A stretch of DNA of 24,000 nucleotides from Paraferrimonas haliotis (lineage in GTDB: Bacteria > Pseudomonadota > Gammaproteobacteria > Enterobacterales > Shewanellaceae): positions 531,676 through 555,675 of the forward strand of contig NZ_NRRB01000002.1 in the NCBI RefSeq assembly GCF_002282895.1, read 5' to 3'. Each line of letters begins with the position of its first letter. Within the stretch, counting starts at the first letter, position 1. Made by a program: the position numbers and the translations under genes. Below the pieces are notes generated by a model that worked only from the letters and a program-made list of their open reading frames with translations, made no database searches and had not been told where the DNA came from. Shown in pieces: positions 1 to 10,121 of this stretch.

Positions 1-442
1 CAATCGTGGCGCCTCTGGCATCGATGGCCTACTGGCCACCAGCTGCGGTATTAGTCGCCAGCGACAACGTCCGATGACTCTGGTCATTGGTGACCTATCA
101 CAGCTGCACGATCTCAACTCTTTTGCGCTAACCACCAGCTCTGAGCAGCCTTTAGTGGTGGTCATCATCAACAACGATGGCGGCAACATTTTTAATTTAC
201 TGCCAGTCCCAACCGAGCAATTACGTCAGCAATATTATCGACTGCAACATGGCTTAAGTTTCAGCGGTGTCGCCGACATGTTCCATTTACCCTACCGCAA
301 TTGTTCCAGTCTTGATGACTTTAAATCGGTCTATGATAAGGCGCTGCAAACTAAGGGGCCTAGCATCATCGAGGTGACCGTAAGCTCAACACAAGCCAGT
401 GAGCAAATCAAAGCGTTAGCGGCGCAACTGCAACAACACTAA
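1..442 (+). CDS. menD: 2-succinyl-5-enolpyruvyl-6-hydroxy-3-cyclohexene-1-carboxylate synthase (MenD), 3' part; 5' end lies outside the window
   Basis: The frame-2 reading frame is open from the window edge. It translates [16 protein letters not shown]...VIGDLS..HDLNS...INNDGGNIF, a ThDP-binding motif typical of MenD. It lies directly upstream of menH/menC/menE. The ORF-track start at 74 is an internal Met. Confidence 0.85.
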   Translation, partial: NRGASGIDGLLATSCGISRQRQRPMTLVIGDLSQLHDLNSFALTTSSEQPLVVVIINNDGGNIFNLLPVPTEQLRQQYYRLQHGLSFSGVADMFHLPYRNCSSLDDFKSVYDKALQTKGPSIIEVTVSSTQASEQIKALAAQLQQH

Positions 443-468
443 CTGACAACCAACCCTAGGAGAGGCAA

Positions 469-1254
469 ATGCTTACTATACATCAGGTATTTACGACTCC
501 TAGCAAGCCAAAACTGTTATTGCTGCACGGCTTTTTAGGCAATCATCGCGACTGGAGTCAGGTTTTAAATTCACTTTCACAAGGGTTCGATGTTTACCTT
601 GTGGATCTACCGGGGCATGGTGACAGTGGCCATGTATCGGTTAACGACCTACAACAGCTGCTAAAGCTGCTGCATTTAAGCATTGGTGCTAATGTGTCGG
701 GGCCATATCATTTACTGGGCTACTCCATGGGAGGCCGGTTAGCACTGCATTACGCCAACTTTTGCCACCAGCATAACGTCGACGATATATTGAGTTTAAC
801 CCTTGAAGCCTGTCATCCCGGTTTAACCGACTCACAGCAACAAACTCAGCGCTGGCAATCCGACCAAGGTTGGGCAAAGAGATTTGCTAACGAGCCTTTA
901 GAAACCGTGCTTAATGATTGGTATTTACAGCCCGTCTTTGCCGAGCTCACACCCCAGCAACGACAAACCTTAATTGAAGCTCGCTTAACCAATAATGGTG
1001 AGGCACTGGCCAATATGATGACCATTATGTCCCTTGCCAATCAACCGAACTTCTGGGATTTGCCGCAATCTCTAAACTATTCGGTGCACTATTTAGTAGG
1101 CGCTTTAGACAGTAAATTTTTAGGGTTAGCGCATCAGTGGCAGCAACACTCTCCTAAACTCAGTTATCAAGTGATTGCTGACGCAGGGCACAATGTCCAC
1201 AGAGCCCAAAGCCACGCATTTTCACAAGCAGTACAGCATCAATTGGAGCCATGA
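469..1254 (+). CDS. menH: 2-succinyl-6-hydroxy-2,4-cyclohexadiene-1-carboxylate synthase (alpha/beta hydrolase)
   Basis: LLLHGFLG, the nucleophile elbow GYSMGGR, and HPGL...QRWQSD..W..RF..EPL...DWY.QPVFA resemble E. coli MenH. An AGGAGA Shine-Dalgarno precedes the ATG. Position matches a men operon. Confidence 0.85.
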   Translation: MLTIHQVFTTPSKPKLLLLHGFLGNHRDWSQVLNSLSQGFDVYLVDLPGHGDSGHVSVNDLQQLLKLLHLSIGANVSGPYHLLGYSMGGRLALHYANFCHQHNVDDILSLTLEACHPGLTDSQQQTQRWQSDQGWAKRFANEPLETVLNDWYLQPVFAELTPQQRQTLIEARLTNNGEALANMMTIMSLANQPNFWDLPQSLNYSVHYLVGALDSKFLGLAHQWQQHSPKLSYQVIADAGHNVHRAQSHAFSQAVQHQLEP

Positions 1255-2270
1255 TGACCACGCAAGACACCGGCATGGGTTTTTCCTTATATCATTACCA
1301 ACTTCCATTGGCCCAACCATTGCCATTGGGACAGCAACGTATCCACAGTCGTGAAGGCCTGATTTTACACATTGATGCCTTGCAACAGTCTGTGGAGATC
1401 GCCCCGTTGCCGAGCTTTTCCAAGGAGTCGCTAGACGATTGCATCAACAGCCTACAGCAACTGCTGAGCACTGTGCCCCTAGAAGCCCTTTCGCAAAGCT
1501 CTTCACAAAACCTAGCGCAATGGATGGCCCCGTTTAAATCGGCACCGAACTCAGTGCAATTTGGCTTGAGCTTGTTGTGGCTAAAGTGCAACGACTTGTT
1601 GCCAGCCCGACCCAACAGAAACCGCCAACCTTTGCTGTTTGGCGAGACCGAGCAGTTGGCGCAACAATTATCGCAGCTGCCTGAAGAGACAAAAATAGTT
1701 AAGTTAAAAGTAGGGCCCGATATCCATGGCTCAGTGGCCAACATCTACCAAGTCATAGAAGCCAGACCGCAACTCAAACTAAGGCTAGACGCCAATCAAA
1801 GCCTGAGTTTAGAGCAAGCCCAAGTGCTTTATGCCATGATCCCTAAGGCCAACATTGATTACGTCGAAGAGCCCTGCGCTCGAGTAGAGGACGCGCAGCA
1901 ACTGTACCAAGAGTACGGCATTCGCTACGCCCAAGACGAGTCGCTGTTGCAAACCGAGGATTATCAGCCGCACCCTGGACTCGCCGCTGTGGTGCTAAAA
2001 CCCAGCTTGCTTGGCTCTATCGAGGTGCTTGAGAAGTTCGCCGAGCAAGCCCAAGCAGAGGGTGTTGAAGTGGTTATCAGCAGCGCTTTTGAATCCAGCT
2101 TTGGCATTCATGATTTAGCCTGTTTGGCTAACCACTATGCCCCGCTAGGCTATCCAGGGCTTGATACGCTTAATCATCATCAAGCTGATCTGTTGCAACC
2201 ATCCTTGTATGGCTCACCTGAAAGCCCAGCAAAGCCCTTATTAACCCTAAACGAGTTAAGCTTGATATGA
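1251..2270 (+). CDS. menC: o-succinylbenzoate synthase (enolase superfamily)
   Basis: KLKVG, LRLDANQS and YVEEP metal-ligand-type motifs. There is an ATGA stop/start overlap with menH and another with menE. Confidence 0.8.
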   Translation: MMTTQDTGMGFSLYHYQLPLAQPLPLGQQRIHSREGLILHIDALQQSVEIAPLPSFSKESLDDCINSLQQLLSTVPLEALSQSSSQNLAQWMAPFKSAPNSVQFGLSLLWLKCNDLLPARPNRNRQPLLFGETEQLAQQLSQLPEETKIVKLKVGPDIHGSVANIYQVIEARPQLKLRLDANQSLSLEQAQVLYAMIPKANIDYVEEPCARVEDAQQLYQEYGIRYAQDESLLQTEDYQPHPGLAAVVLKPSLLGSIEVLEKFAEQAQAEGVEVVISSAFESSFGIHDLACLANHYAPLGYPGLDTLNHHQADLLQPSLYGSPESPAKPLLTLNELSLI

Positions 2271-3670
2271 CTAAGGTAGCCTGCCCCGTTGCTGTTGCTG
2301 CTCGCACTCATGGCGCAGCACTGGCTTGGCACAGCATCGAGCAATCCTATCGTTACGATCAGTTTCATGAGCAAGTGCTTCAACTGCAACGGCAATTGTT
2401 AAGGCTGTCGGTGCAACGTGGAGAGCTTATTGCGTATCAAGGCAACAATAGCCCAACGATGCTGGCGCTGTTTTGGGCCTGTGCTCGGCAAGGGTTTATC
2501 TTTTGTCCCTTGTCGCCAAAGTGGACGCAATCGCAAGTGGTTAATTTGCTCGCTGAGCACAACATTCGCCACGTCATCAGTTCGGTTTACCCATCGCTTT
2601 CGACGTTGAGCTTAGCGAATAGCGCGGACAATGATTGCGCCAGTGAAACGGCGGCTAATCAGCCTTGTGTTTCTATAGACATTGAACGGGACGCGCCTTG
2701 CAATGTCATTTTAACCTCAGGTTCCAGTGGTTTCCCCAAAGCGGCGGTGCACAGCTTCGCCAATCACGTAGCCAGCGCACAGGGCTCTGCCAGCATGATA
2801 GCTTTGAGTAACCAAGATAGCTGGCTGCTTAATTTACCTTTGTTTCATATTGGCGGATTGGCGACCACCATACGCTGTGCTTTGGCCGCCGCCTGTGTTG
2901 TGGCTCCAGTTAACTCTCAACCTCTCATTGAACAGCTGCAGAGCTTGCGCCCAAGCCATGTATCTTGTGTCGACGCTCAGTTGCTTCCACTGTGGCAGCA
3001 GCCGCAGTTCGTCGACGCGTTAACCCGCTGCAAAGCTCTGTTGCTCGGCGGCAGTGCCATTTCAGACACCACCTTAACCATGCTGGAGCAGCATAATATT
3101 TGTGCCTTTATCAGTTATGGCTTAACGGAAATGAGCTCTCAAGTGGCTACCGCTCCGGTTAATCGCCAAGGTTTGGTTGGCAGCCCGTTACCGGGGCGAG
3201 AATTAACAATTGAAAATGGCCACATCTTAATGCGTGGGCCATGCCGATTTCTAGGCTATTTAGAGCGCGGCCAACTCACGGTTTTACCTCAACATCAATG
3301 GTTCGACAGCAAAGACCTCGGTCAATGGCAGCAAAATCAGCTTAAGATTGTTGGTCGAGCCGACAATCGCTTTGTCAGCGGTGGAGAAAACATTCAGCCG
3401 GAAACCATAGAAGCCCTGCTGCTGCGACACCCACAGATTCAACGAGCCATGGTCTATCCCTTGCCTGATGAGCGCTTTGGGCAACTGCCTCACGCCGTCA
3501 TTGACGCACAAACAGAATTGACTCAACAACAACTCGATGCATTTCTAGCGGATAAACTGCCACGATTCATGCGCCCAAGAAGTTATCTAGCTTGGCCGCA
3601 ACGTCTCACCAGTGTCGGCATCAAATTTAACCGACGGCAGGTGTTACGAGCGCTCAATGTTGAACATTAA
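2267..3670 (+). CDS. menE: o-succinylbenzoate--CoA ligase (AMP-binding enzyme)
   Basis: AMP-binding signature ILTSGSSGFPKA, YGLTE, and a C-terminal GRADNRFVSGGENI. It follows menC with a 4-nt overlap. Confidence 0.85.
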   Translation: MTKVACPVAVAARTHGAALAWHSIEQSYRYDQFHEQVLQLQRQLLRLSVQRGELIAYQGNNSPTMLALFWACARQGFIFCPLSPKWTQSQVVNLLAEHNIRHVISSVYPSLSTLSLANSADNDCASETAANQPCVSIDIERDAPCNVILTSGSSGFPKAAVHSFANHVASAQGSASMIALSNQDSWLLNLPLFHIGGLATTIRCALAAACVVAPVNSQPLIEQLQSLRPSHVSCVDAQLLPLWQQPQFVDALTRCKALLLGGSAISDTTLTMLEQHNICAFISYGLTEMSSQVATAPVNRQGLVGSPLPGRELTIENGHILMRGPCRFLGYLERGQLTVLPQHQWFDSKDLGQWQQNQLKIVGRADNRFVSGGENIQPETIEALLLRHPQIQRAMVYPLPDERFGQLPHAVIDAQTELTQQQLDAFLADKLPRFMRPRSYLAWPQRLTSVGIKFNRRQVLRALNVEH

Positions 3671-3674
3671 CCAC

Positions 3675-3700
3675 AAAAAAGCCCAGCATTGCTGGGCTTT
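3675..3700 (-). terminator. Rho-independent terminator between convergent menE and rpoH (best fit on the minus strand)
   Basis: Perfect 10-bp stem AAAGCCCAGC / GCTGGGCTTT (3678-3687 / 3691-3700). On the minus strand a T-run (TTTTTTGTGG) follows it. Confidence 0.75.
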
Positions 3701-3721
3701 CTGTGAAAGAGGATTGGCCGG

Positions 3722-4582
3722 TTAGAGGTCCATCGCCGCTTTTAATTTCTTCATGGCGTTTTTCTCCAGTTGACGAATTCGTTCAGCGGAAACGCCATAA
3801 TGGTCGGCTAGCTCATGCAAGGTGGATTTTTCATCCGCCAACCAACGGGTCTGGATAATGTGTTGGCTGCGCTCATCAAGCGTATTCATCGCTGCCACTA
3901 GCTTATTGTTGGCGCTCTCTTCCCAATTGGCTTTTTCAATTTGCTGAGCATGATCAGAAGAGTGGTCTTCTAAGTACAATGCCGGTGCCCAAGTGCTGTT
4001 GTCATCGTCATCAGCCACAGTGAGATCGTAAGCGGCATCTTGTGCAGCGAGGCGAGACTCCATCTCACTGACTTCTGAGGTCGATACACCAAGGTTATCC
4101 GCCACCATCTTAACTTCGTCGTGAGAAAACCAGCCCAAACGCTTTTTGGCTTTACGTAAATTGAAGAACAGTTTGCGTTGCGCCTTAGTGGTCGCGACTT
4201 TAACAATGCGCCAGTTTTTAAGCACATATTCATGAATTTCAGCTTTGATCCAATGCACGGCAAAGGACACCAAGCGAACGCCTACGCCCGGATCAAAACG
4301 TTTTACCGCTTTCATCAGGCCTACGTTACCTTCTTGGATTAAATCCGCTTGAGGTAAGCCATAGCCTGAGTAGCCTTTAGCAATATGCACCACAAAGCGT
4401 AAATGAGACATAATCAATTGTTTTGCGGACTGCAAGTCGCCCGTCTCATGCAGTTCGCTGGCTAAACGGTGCTCCTCTTCAGCATCCAACATCGGGATAC
4501 TGTTGACCGAACGAACGTAGGCTTCAATACTGCCGCTCGTTTCTGGAACCATTAATGCCATTGATTGCGCTTGATGAGTCAT
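3722..4582 (-). CDS. rpoH: RNA polymerase sigma-32 (heat-shock sigma factor)
   Basis: Sigma-70 region 2 [18 protein letters not shown] and the RpoH-box-like [14 protein letters not shown]. The N-terminus [10 protein letters not shown]... parallels E. coli RpoH. The ATG at 4582 has an AGGAG Shine-Dalgarno 7 nt upstream. The ORF-track start at 4597 is a TTG extension. Confidence 0.95.
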   Translation of the reverse strand: MTHQAQSMALMVPETSGSIEAYVRSVNSIPMLDAEEEHRLASELHETGDLQSAKQLIMSHLRFVVHIAKGYSGYGLPQADLIQEGNVGLMKAVKRFDPGVGVRLVSFAVHWIKAEIHEYVLKNWRIVKVATTKAQRKLFFNLRKAKKRLGWFSHDEVKMVADNLGVSTSEVSEMESRLAAQDAAYDLTVADDDDNSTWAPALYLEDHSSDHAQQIEKANWEESANNKLVAAMNTLDERSQHIIQTRWLADEKSTLHELADHYGVSAERIRQLEKNAMKKLKAAMDL

Positions 4583-4649
4583 GCACGCTCCTACCAAATT
4601 GATTTTAAATCAAAGTCTTACCAATAATCCGCGATTTAACGGACACTCG

Positions 4650-4658
4650 ATTATATCA
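4650..4658 (-). promoter_or_regulatory. Candidate extended -10 promoter element (TGATATAAT) for rpoH
   Basis: The minus strand reads TGATATAAT about 68 nt upstream of the rpoH ATG. I saw no good -35 element. Other rpoH promoters (for example a sigma-E type) were not identified. Confidence 0.4.
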
Positions 4659-4702
4659 AACTATCCAACAATCGCCAGTTGCATGTGTTCGACAGTCAGT
4701 AA

Positions 4703-5668
4703 CTAGCAAGGTTCAATCGCTTTAATGTGCTGTCGCACCGACAGGTAACTGCCCAACCAACCCAGGCCTGATGCGCACACTATCAGTAATATGAATTCGC
4801 TTAATCCAAGCGTCTGCATTTCGAATTCACTTTGGTATAAGCCGAGCAGAGGTTGAACGGCTTGATTAAGCCACATGACTAACAATTGCACCAGTAACCA
4901 TGCCAGTGCTCCGGCAATCACGCCATACCAAACGCCGGTATACAAAAAAGGCCGTTGAATAAAAGCTTCGGTGGCCCCCACTAACTTCATGACTTCAATC
5001 TCACTGCGACGATTCATGATGGCTAAGCGCACGGTATTACCTATCACCAACAGCACCGCCAGAATGAGCAACAAGGCCAACGCCAGCACAGTTCGCTCTA
5101 GCATGTCGATTATGGCCGCCAGCTTTTGCAACCACTCAATGTCCAAGCGACCGAAATCCACTTCTTTTTGCTGTTGCAACTTTTCCAGTAATCGTTTGGC
5201 ATTATTTGGGCTGGTATATTGCTCGGTTGGCGTAACCATTATCACCGCCGGTAACGGATTTGAGTCAAGCAAAGATAAGGCTTCTCCAAAGCCCGATACT
5301 TGCTTAAATTCTTTAAGCGCCTGAGTTTTGTCGATGTAATCGACACGCTCTACTTCTGGGTAGCTTTCAATACGGGTGACTAGGTTGGTAACCGCTCGTT
5401 CTTGCACGTTATCATGCAAAAACAGGCTGATTTCTGCCGCTTGCTGCCACGATGACGTAATTTCCTCAGCATTTTTTACTAACACCTGCAGTGCCGCTGG
5501 CAGGCTTAAACTGACCGCCAGTACCGCAATGGTCATGCCTGCAGAAATCGGCGCTCGCCAAATTTCACCTAAGGTGGCGGTGGCGTTTTGCAAATGGCGC
5601 ACAAACCACATTATCAACTGGCGATACAGTGGCACCTTATTTCTGGAAAATGCGATATTCTTTGCCAT
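4703..5668 (-). CDS. ftsX: Cell division ABC transporter permease FtsX
   Basis: Size, four-TM layout and position after ftsE. There is a TAATG stop/start overlap with ftsE at 5668. Confidence 0.9.
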   Translation of the reverse strand: MAKNIAFSRNKVPLYRQLIMWFVRHLQNATATLGEIWRAPISAGMTIAVLAVSLSLPAALQVLVKNAEEITSSWQQAAEISLFLHDNVQERAVTNLVTRIESYPEVERVDYIDKTQALKEFKQVSGFGEALSLLDSNPLPAVIMVTPTEQYTSPNNAKRLLEKLQQQKEVDFGRLDIEWLQKLAAIIDMLERTVLALALLLILAVLLVIGNTVRLAIMNRRSEIEVMKLVGATEAFIQRPFLYTGVWYGVIAGALAWLLVQLLVMWLNQAVQPLLGLYQSEFEMQTLGLSEFILLIVCASGLGWLGSYLSVRQHIKAIEPC

Positions 5669-6336
5669 TAGCTGTGCTCCTCGGCATAAAGCATGCGGCC
5701 ATGCTTTAGCGTTAAGGTGCGATATTTCATTCGTGCGATTAAGCCCAGATCGTGGGTCGCAATGAGTACCGAACTACCGGCGTCATTTAGCAGTTCAAAC
5801 AGCTTCATAATATCCATCGACAACTTGGGGTCTAAGTTGCCGGTGGGCTCATCGGCGAGAATGAGTGGCGGCTTGTTCACGATGGCGCGGGCAATTCCTA
5901 CTCGTTGCTGTTCGCCTCCTGAAAGCATAATGGGGTTATGCTTCTCTTTGCCATGCAGGCCCACCATATCCAGCGCCCCGCTCACCCGTTTGTTGATCTC
6001 AGCCTGACTAAAGCCTTCAATGACCAAGGGCAGTGCCACGTTTTCATGGACACTGCGATCCATCAGTAATTGGTGGTTTTGAAATATAATGCCAATGTCT
6101 CGTCGCAAATACGGCACTTGGCTGGGTGGCACCTTAGCGATATCGTGGCCATTAATGTGAACCCGACCGGCATTGGCTCGTTCAATCACACTGATAAGCT
6201 TCAGTAAGGTACTTTTACCTGCGCCGGAATGGCCCGTAAGAAAGGCCATTTCCCCTTTTTTAAGATGAAAGTTCACCCCAGAAAGCGCTTTTTGGCCGCC
6301 GGGATAAATCTTGGATACCTGCTCGAAGCGAATCAT
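5668..6336 (-). CDS. ftsE: Cell division ABC transporter ATP-binding protein FtsE
   Basis: MIRFEQVSK...GHSGAGKST (Walker A), LSGGEQQRV (ABC signature), ILADEPTGNLD (Walker B). Nearly colinear with E. coli FtsE. Confidence 0.95.
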   Translation of the reverse strand: MIRFEQVSKIYPGGQKALSGVNFHLKKGEMAFLTGHSGAGKSTLLKLISVIERANAGRVHINGHDIAKVPPSQVPYLRRDIGIIFQNHQLLMDRSVHENVALPLVIEGFSQAEINKRVSGALDMVGLHGKEKHNPIMLSGGEQQRVGIARAIVNKPPLILADEPTGNLDPKLSMDIMKLFELLNDAGSSVLIATHDLGLIARMKYRTLTLKHGRMLYAEEHS

Positions 6337-6373
6337 CTATGATTTCTCGTTGTTATAAGTTCTAGATTGTTAT

Positions 6374-7585
6374 TTAGTCAGTATCTTGCCTTTGAAACAA
6401 GGCCTTAATAAAGTCTTTTGCATGGAAACTTCGCAAATCTTCAAGTTGCTCACCCACCCCAATGTATCGAATTGGAATGGCAAACTTATCGGCTAAAGCG
6501 AAAATAACCCCGCCTTTGGCGGTACCATCGAGTTTGGTTAGGGTGATTCCCGTTAACCCTACCGCTTCGTGGAATAATTGGGTTTGGGAAATCGCATTTT
6601 GCCCTGTGCCTGCATCGAGGGTCAGCATCACTTCATGGGGGGCTTCCATATCGAGCTTTTTCATCACCCGCACGATTTTTTTAAGCTCTTCCATTAAGTG
6701 CGCCTTGTTTTGCAATCGCCCTGCGGTGTCGGCTATTAGCACATCGACACCTTTTGATTTTGCCGATTGCAACGCGTCAAACAGCACCGAGGCGCTGTCT
6801 GCCCCGGTATGCTGCGCAACCACAGGGATGTCATTGCGCTCTCCCCAAACTTGCAGTTGCTCTACAGCTGCGGCTCTAAAGGTATCGCCAGCGGCCAACA
6901 TGACCGACTTACCTTGGCTTTGAAATTGTCGAGCGAGTTTGCCGATGGTGGTGGTTTTACCGACACCGTTAACCCCAACCATCAAAATAACAAAAGGCCC
7001 ATTTTGACAGTTTGGAATTAAAGGAGCTTCTACCCCTTCCAACATGGCTTGCATCTTGTTTTGCATTAACTCATAGAGGGCTTCACCATCTTTTAGCTGA
7101 CGATACTCAGCGGCATCGGTAAGTTCGTCGATGAGTTTGGTGGTGGTTTCCACACCCACATCGGCCACCAGCAATTGTTCTTCGAGCTCTTCAAACAGCT
7201 CATCATCAATTTTCTTACCGGTAAAGATGCTGCTAAAGCCGGCACCAAGATTTTCTGATGTGCGTTTTAACCCCGCTTTTAAACGGGCGAAGAAGCCGCT
7301 TGAGCTGGCTTTTTGTGCAACCTTTTCGTTCGCTTCTGAAGTCTCACTTTCTGCAACATTCTCGGCAACGTGCTCTGGCGTTGGCTTAACTTCGGGTGCG
7401 GTTTCTTGCGAGATGTCTTGAGGAGTTTCTTGCAAGCTGTCAGCGCTGTCGGAGGCCTCCACCGAAGGCAGATCTTCGGGTTGTGATTGCACGGGCTCTG
7501 TGCCAAGTTGCGCGTCATTAGTGTTTTCTTCGTCTTTGCGCTCTTCGTTACGACGAAACCAAGAAAACATGCCTTTCTTTGCCAT
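6374..7585 (-). CDS. ftsY: Signal recognition particle receptor FtsY
   Basis: Acidic N-terminal A domain followed by an NG domain with GVNGVGKTTTIGK, DTAGR and TKLDG GTPase motifs. Confidence 0.95.
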   Translation of the reverse strand: MAKKGMFSWFRRNEERKDEENTNDAQLGTEPVQSQPEDLPSVEASDSADSLQETPQDISQETAPEVKPTPEHVAENVAESETSEANEKVAQKASSSGFFARLKAGLKRTSENLGAGFSSIFTGKKIDDELFEELEEQLLVADVGVETTTKLIDELTDAAEYRQLKDGEALYELMQNKMQAMLEGVEAPLIPNCQNGPFVILMVGVNGVGKTTTIGKLARQFQSQGKSVMLAAGDTFRAAAVEQLQVWGERNDIPVVAQHTGADSASVLFDALQSAKSKGVDVLIADTAGRLQNKAHLMEELKKIVRVMKKLDMEAPHEVMLTLDAGTGQNAISQTQLFHEAVGLTGITLTKLDGTAKGGVIFALADKFAIPIRYIGVGEQLEDLRSFHAKDFIKALFQRQDTD

Positions 7586-7712
7586 TTACGGTTCTCTGCG
7601 AATCAGTGATGCGTGTATTACGCTTTTAATTTCAAGCCTGTTAAACTAGCGCCAATTGGCGAACGGCCACATGGTGGCACAGTTTACCACAGCCGACACT
7701 AGTGGAGAATCG

Positions 7713-8300
7713 ATGGTTAAGCGAACTCAAACAAAATCTCAAGGCAAATCGGGCCAAGTGCGCATCATCAGTGGCCAATGGCGTGGTCGCCGCCTTCCTG
7801 TCGCCAATGTTGAGGGGTTGCGTCCAACCACAGATAGGGTTCGAGAAACGCTGTTCAATTGGCTAATGGCGGATGTGCACAGTGCTCACGTGTTGGATTT
7901 ATTCAGTGGTAGCGGAGCGCTGGCCATGGAAAGCTTGTCGCGCTACGCAGCCAGTGCGCTCCTATTTGAGCAAGATGCTCAGGTGGTAAAAACCTTAAAA
8001 GCCAACTTAGCCAGTTTGAAGTGCGATCATGCGAAGGTTTACCACGGCAATACCTTACAACTGTTGCGGCAACCGCCGGCGCGTCCATTTGATGTCATTT
8101 TCATCGACCCACCTTTTCGCAAGGGTTTGCTGCAACCTTGCATAGAGTTGTTGCAACAACAGCCATGGCTGGCGGATAATGCATTGATTTATATTGAATG
8201 CGAGTCAGAATTAACTCCCAATTTCCCAGACGATTGGCAACCGCTTAAGCAAAAAACCGCCGGTCAGGTAACCTATTATTTGGTGCAAAAACACTCATGA
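7713..8300 (+). CDS. rsmD: 16S rRNA (guanine966-N2)-methyltransferase
   Basis: VRIISGQWRGRRLPV...GLRPTTDRVRETLFNWL, DLFSGSGALAMES, and the DPPF motif in FIDPPF. It is divergent from ftsY as in E. coli. The ATG at 7713 has a GGAGAA Shine-Dalgarno; the track start at 7656 is a TTG extension. Confidence 0.9.
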   Translation: MVKRTQTKSQGKSGQVRIISGQWRGRRLPVANVEGLRPTTDRVRETLFNWLMADVHSAHVLDLFSGSGALAMESLSRYAASALLFEQDAQVVKTLKANLASLKCDHAKVYHGNTLQLLRQPPARPFDVIFIDPPFRKGLLQPCIELLQQQPWLADNALIYIECESELTPNFPDDWQPLKQKTAGQVTYYLVQKHS

Positions 8301-8554
8301 ACGTACTACTGACAATCGCTAAATTTGGCATGATGGTGGCTTGGCTGGTTATGATCACCAATGCCGTTGTGCCGTTTCAATCGCCGTGGCAAGAAATTAT
8401 TGAGGCTGCATTGGTGATTACCTTGCTCGGCCATACCTTGCTACTTATTGGTGCTCGGCTGCGTTTTAAAGACGGGCTTTCCAATCAAGATAAACTGTCG
8501 TTAATGGCCTTCGGGGTATTCGGTTGGCTTTCTATCTCCATGAAAAAGCGATGA
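8297..8554 (+). CDS. Small inner-membrane protein, YhhL/DUF1145-like
   Basis: An 85-aa protein with two or three hydrophobic helices. ATGA overlap with rsmD. E. coli has yhhL in the same position after rsmD. Family assignment rests on context and size only. Confidence 0.55.
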   Translation: MNVLLTIAKFGMMVAWLVMITNAVVPFQSPWQEIIEAALVITLLGHTLLLIGARLRFKDGLSNQDKLSLMAFGVFGWLSISMKKR

Positions 8555-8595
8555 TATACTGTGGCTGCAACTTTATCTCGTAAAAGAGTAATTGA

Positions 8596-10119
8596 ATGAC
8601 TTACCTAGTCGCTACCTGTGTGTCCTTGTTGCTCGGCCCGTTGTTTTATCGATTTTTCGGGCAGCAAAATGGCATTACTAAAGCCATTGATGGTTTTGTA
8701 TTTGTCACGCTCGGTGGTTTATTACTGACCCACATTCTACCCGAGATGCTACACCACGGTGGCATCGCTGCTTTGGCGATGATATTGCTGGGTTTATTTG
8801 GCCCCACCGTGAGTGAACGCGCCTTTGCCAAACATTCTCAGCTTACCCATAACATCACCGTGTTATTGGCGTTCTTTGGCTTGCTGTTACACACGTTTAT
8901 CGATGGCACCAGCATTTCCATATCCACTCATGATGACGCCATTGGCGCTTATTTGCCCATTGGAATCATTTTACATCGATTGCCGGAAGGGCTCGCTATT
9001 TGGTGGTTACTGTCACCACAATTTGGTAATCGCTGGGCCAGTGTCGCCATTGCCGCCATGCTGACGGCAACCGTAGCAGGGTTTGGCGTCGGCGAGTTGT
9101 ACGCAAATCAATTGGCGTTCGACAACACGGTACTGTTGCAGGCATTCGTAACCGGCAGCATATTGCACGTCATTCTGCACCAACCGCACGTTGACAAAAA
9201 CCATCATCCGCAGCCAAGCCACGACACCATGGCGGGCATTGGCAGCTTGTTGGGCTTGGCTCTACTCTTTGTATTATTCACGACCCACTCTCACGGCGGC
9301 CATGAACACCTCGAACATTCGAGTGTTGAGCAGTTATGGCAATTGATGCTGACGTTGGCTCCCTATGTGGTGCTAACCTACATCATTGGTGCGGCTCGAT
9401 TTGGCTTGGGGATGCTGTCGACCCAATCCAGCGGTCCCGCAGCATGGATACAGCGATTGATGGGGCCTGAGGGCTTAATTTTGGTGGCGATTGTTTTAGG
9501 CTGGCAACTGGCCTCATTTCAGCTCGTTGCAATTGCGGTCATTGTTGCTTGGCTATCCCATCAAAGCGTGCCATTAGACAGTCGAACCGAAATAGAGCGC
9601 TTTTCTCTACGCCAATTCGCTTTGCAGTACCAAATCGAACGGTCAGCGCCTTGGGTGTTATTAAGTTTAGTGTTGGCCAACTTAATGACCTACCCTGACA
9701 TTCTCGCCGACAAACCTTGGTTGCAACTTCTGCTTATTGTGGCACTGCTGCTGCCGATGCGTTTTTGTTTTATTGGCGCCGCAGTCTTAAGCATTAGCCT
9801 GGCGCTAACCGGCTGGAGCAGTGCCGCGGTCATGCTTCCACTGCTCGCCGCACCACTATTAAACGTTAAACAACTGTCTAAGATGAGCGGCCCTCAAGGC
9901 GCCATTACCATGGCGTTGGTTTTAGCCTTGGTGGTCATTGGCAGCCAAAGTCTGCCAAGCTTCGAACAGCATGCTGCACCAATACCCTACCTATCGCCCA
10001 TTAGCTTGGTGATATTGGCTTTGTTATTCGCCAGCACCTTGTTGCGCATTGGACCGCGAGCCTTCATCGCGAACCTATTCGCCGTGAGCCTTGCTCACAA
10101 ACACCACCATCACCACTAA
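8596..10119 (+). CDS. Polytopic His-rich membrane protein; N-terminal half ZIP-family-like metal permease, C-terminal half uncharacterised
   Basis: ZIP-like motifs LHTFIDG (HxxxDG) and LHRLPEGLAIWW (HxxPEGLA). His-rich loops HQPHVDKNHHPQPSHD and HSHGGHEHLEH. The C-terminus is HKHHHHH. About 12 or more hydrophobic segments. Confidence 0.55.
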   Translation: MTYLVATCVSLLLGPLFYRFFGQQNGITKAIDGFVFVTLGGLLLTHILPEMLHHGGIAALAMILLGLFGPTVSERAFAKHSQLTHNITVLLAFFGLLLHTFIDGTSISISTHDDAIGAYLPIGIILHRLPEGLAIWWLLSPQFGNRWASVAIAAMLTATVAGFGVGELYANQLAFDNTVLLQAFVTGSILHVILHQPHVDKNHHPQPSHDTMAGIGSLLGLALLFVLFTTHSHGGHEHLEHSSVEQLWQLMLTLAPYVVLTYIIGAARFGLGMLSTQSSGPAAWIQRLMGPEGLILVAIVLGWQLASFQLVAIAVIVAWLSHQSVPLDSRTEIERFSLRQFALQYQIERSAPWVLLSLVLANLMTYPDILADKPWLQLLLIVALLLPMRFCFIGAAVLSISLALTGWSSAAVMLPLLAAPLLNVKQLSKMSGPQGAITMALVLALVVIGSQSLPSFEQHAAPIPYLSPISLVILALLFASTLLRIGPRAFIANLFAVSLAHKHHHHH

Positions 10120-10121
10120 CT

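Noticed and set aside
1-3670. Absence of menB between menH and menC (E. coli order is menD-menH-menB-menC-menE).
   Set aside because: It is probably just a different operon arrangement with menB elsewhere. The overlapping stop/start codons show that nothing is missing or decayed here, so it is not evidence of novelty.
4583-4702. A sigma-E-type promoter (GGAACTT-N16-TCAAA) and an rpoH mRNA thermosensor structure.
   Set aside because: Both are known for E. coli rpoH, but I could not identify a matching sigma-E promoter by eye and cannot fold the mRNA here. Only the extended -10 element is reported.
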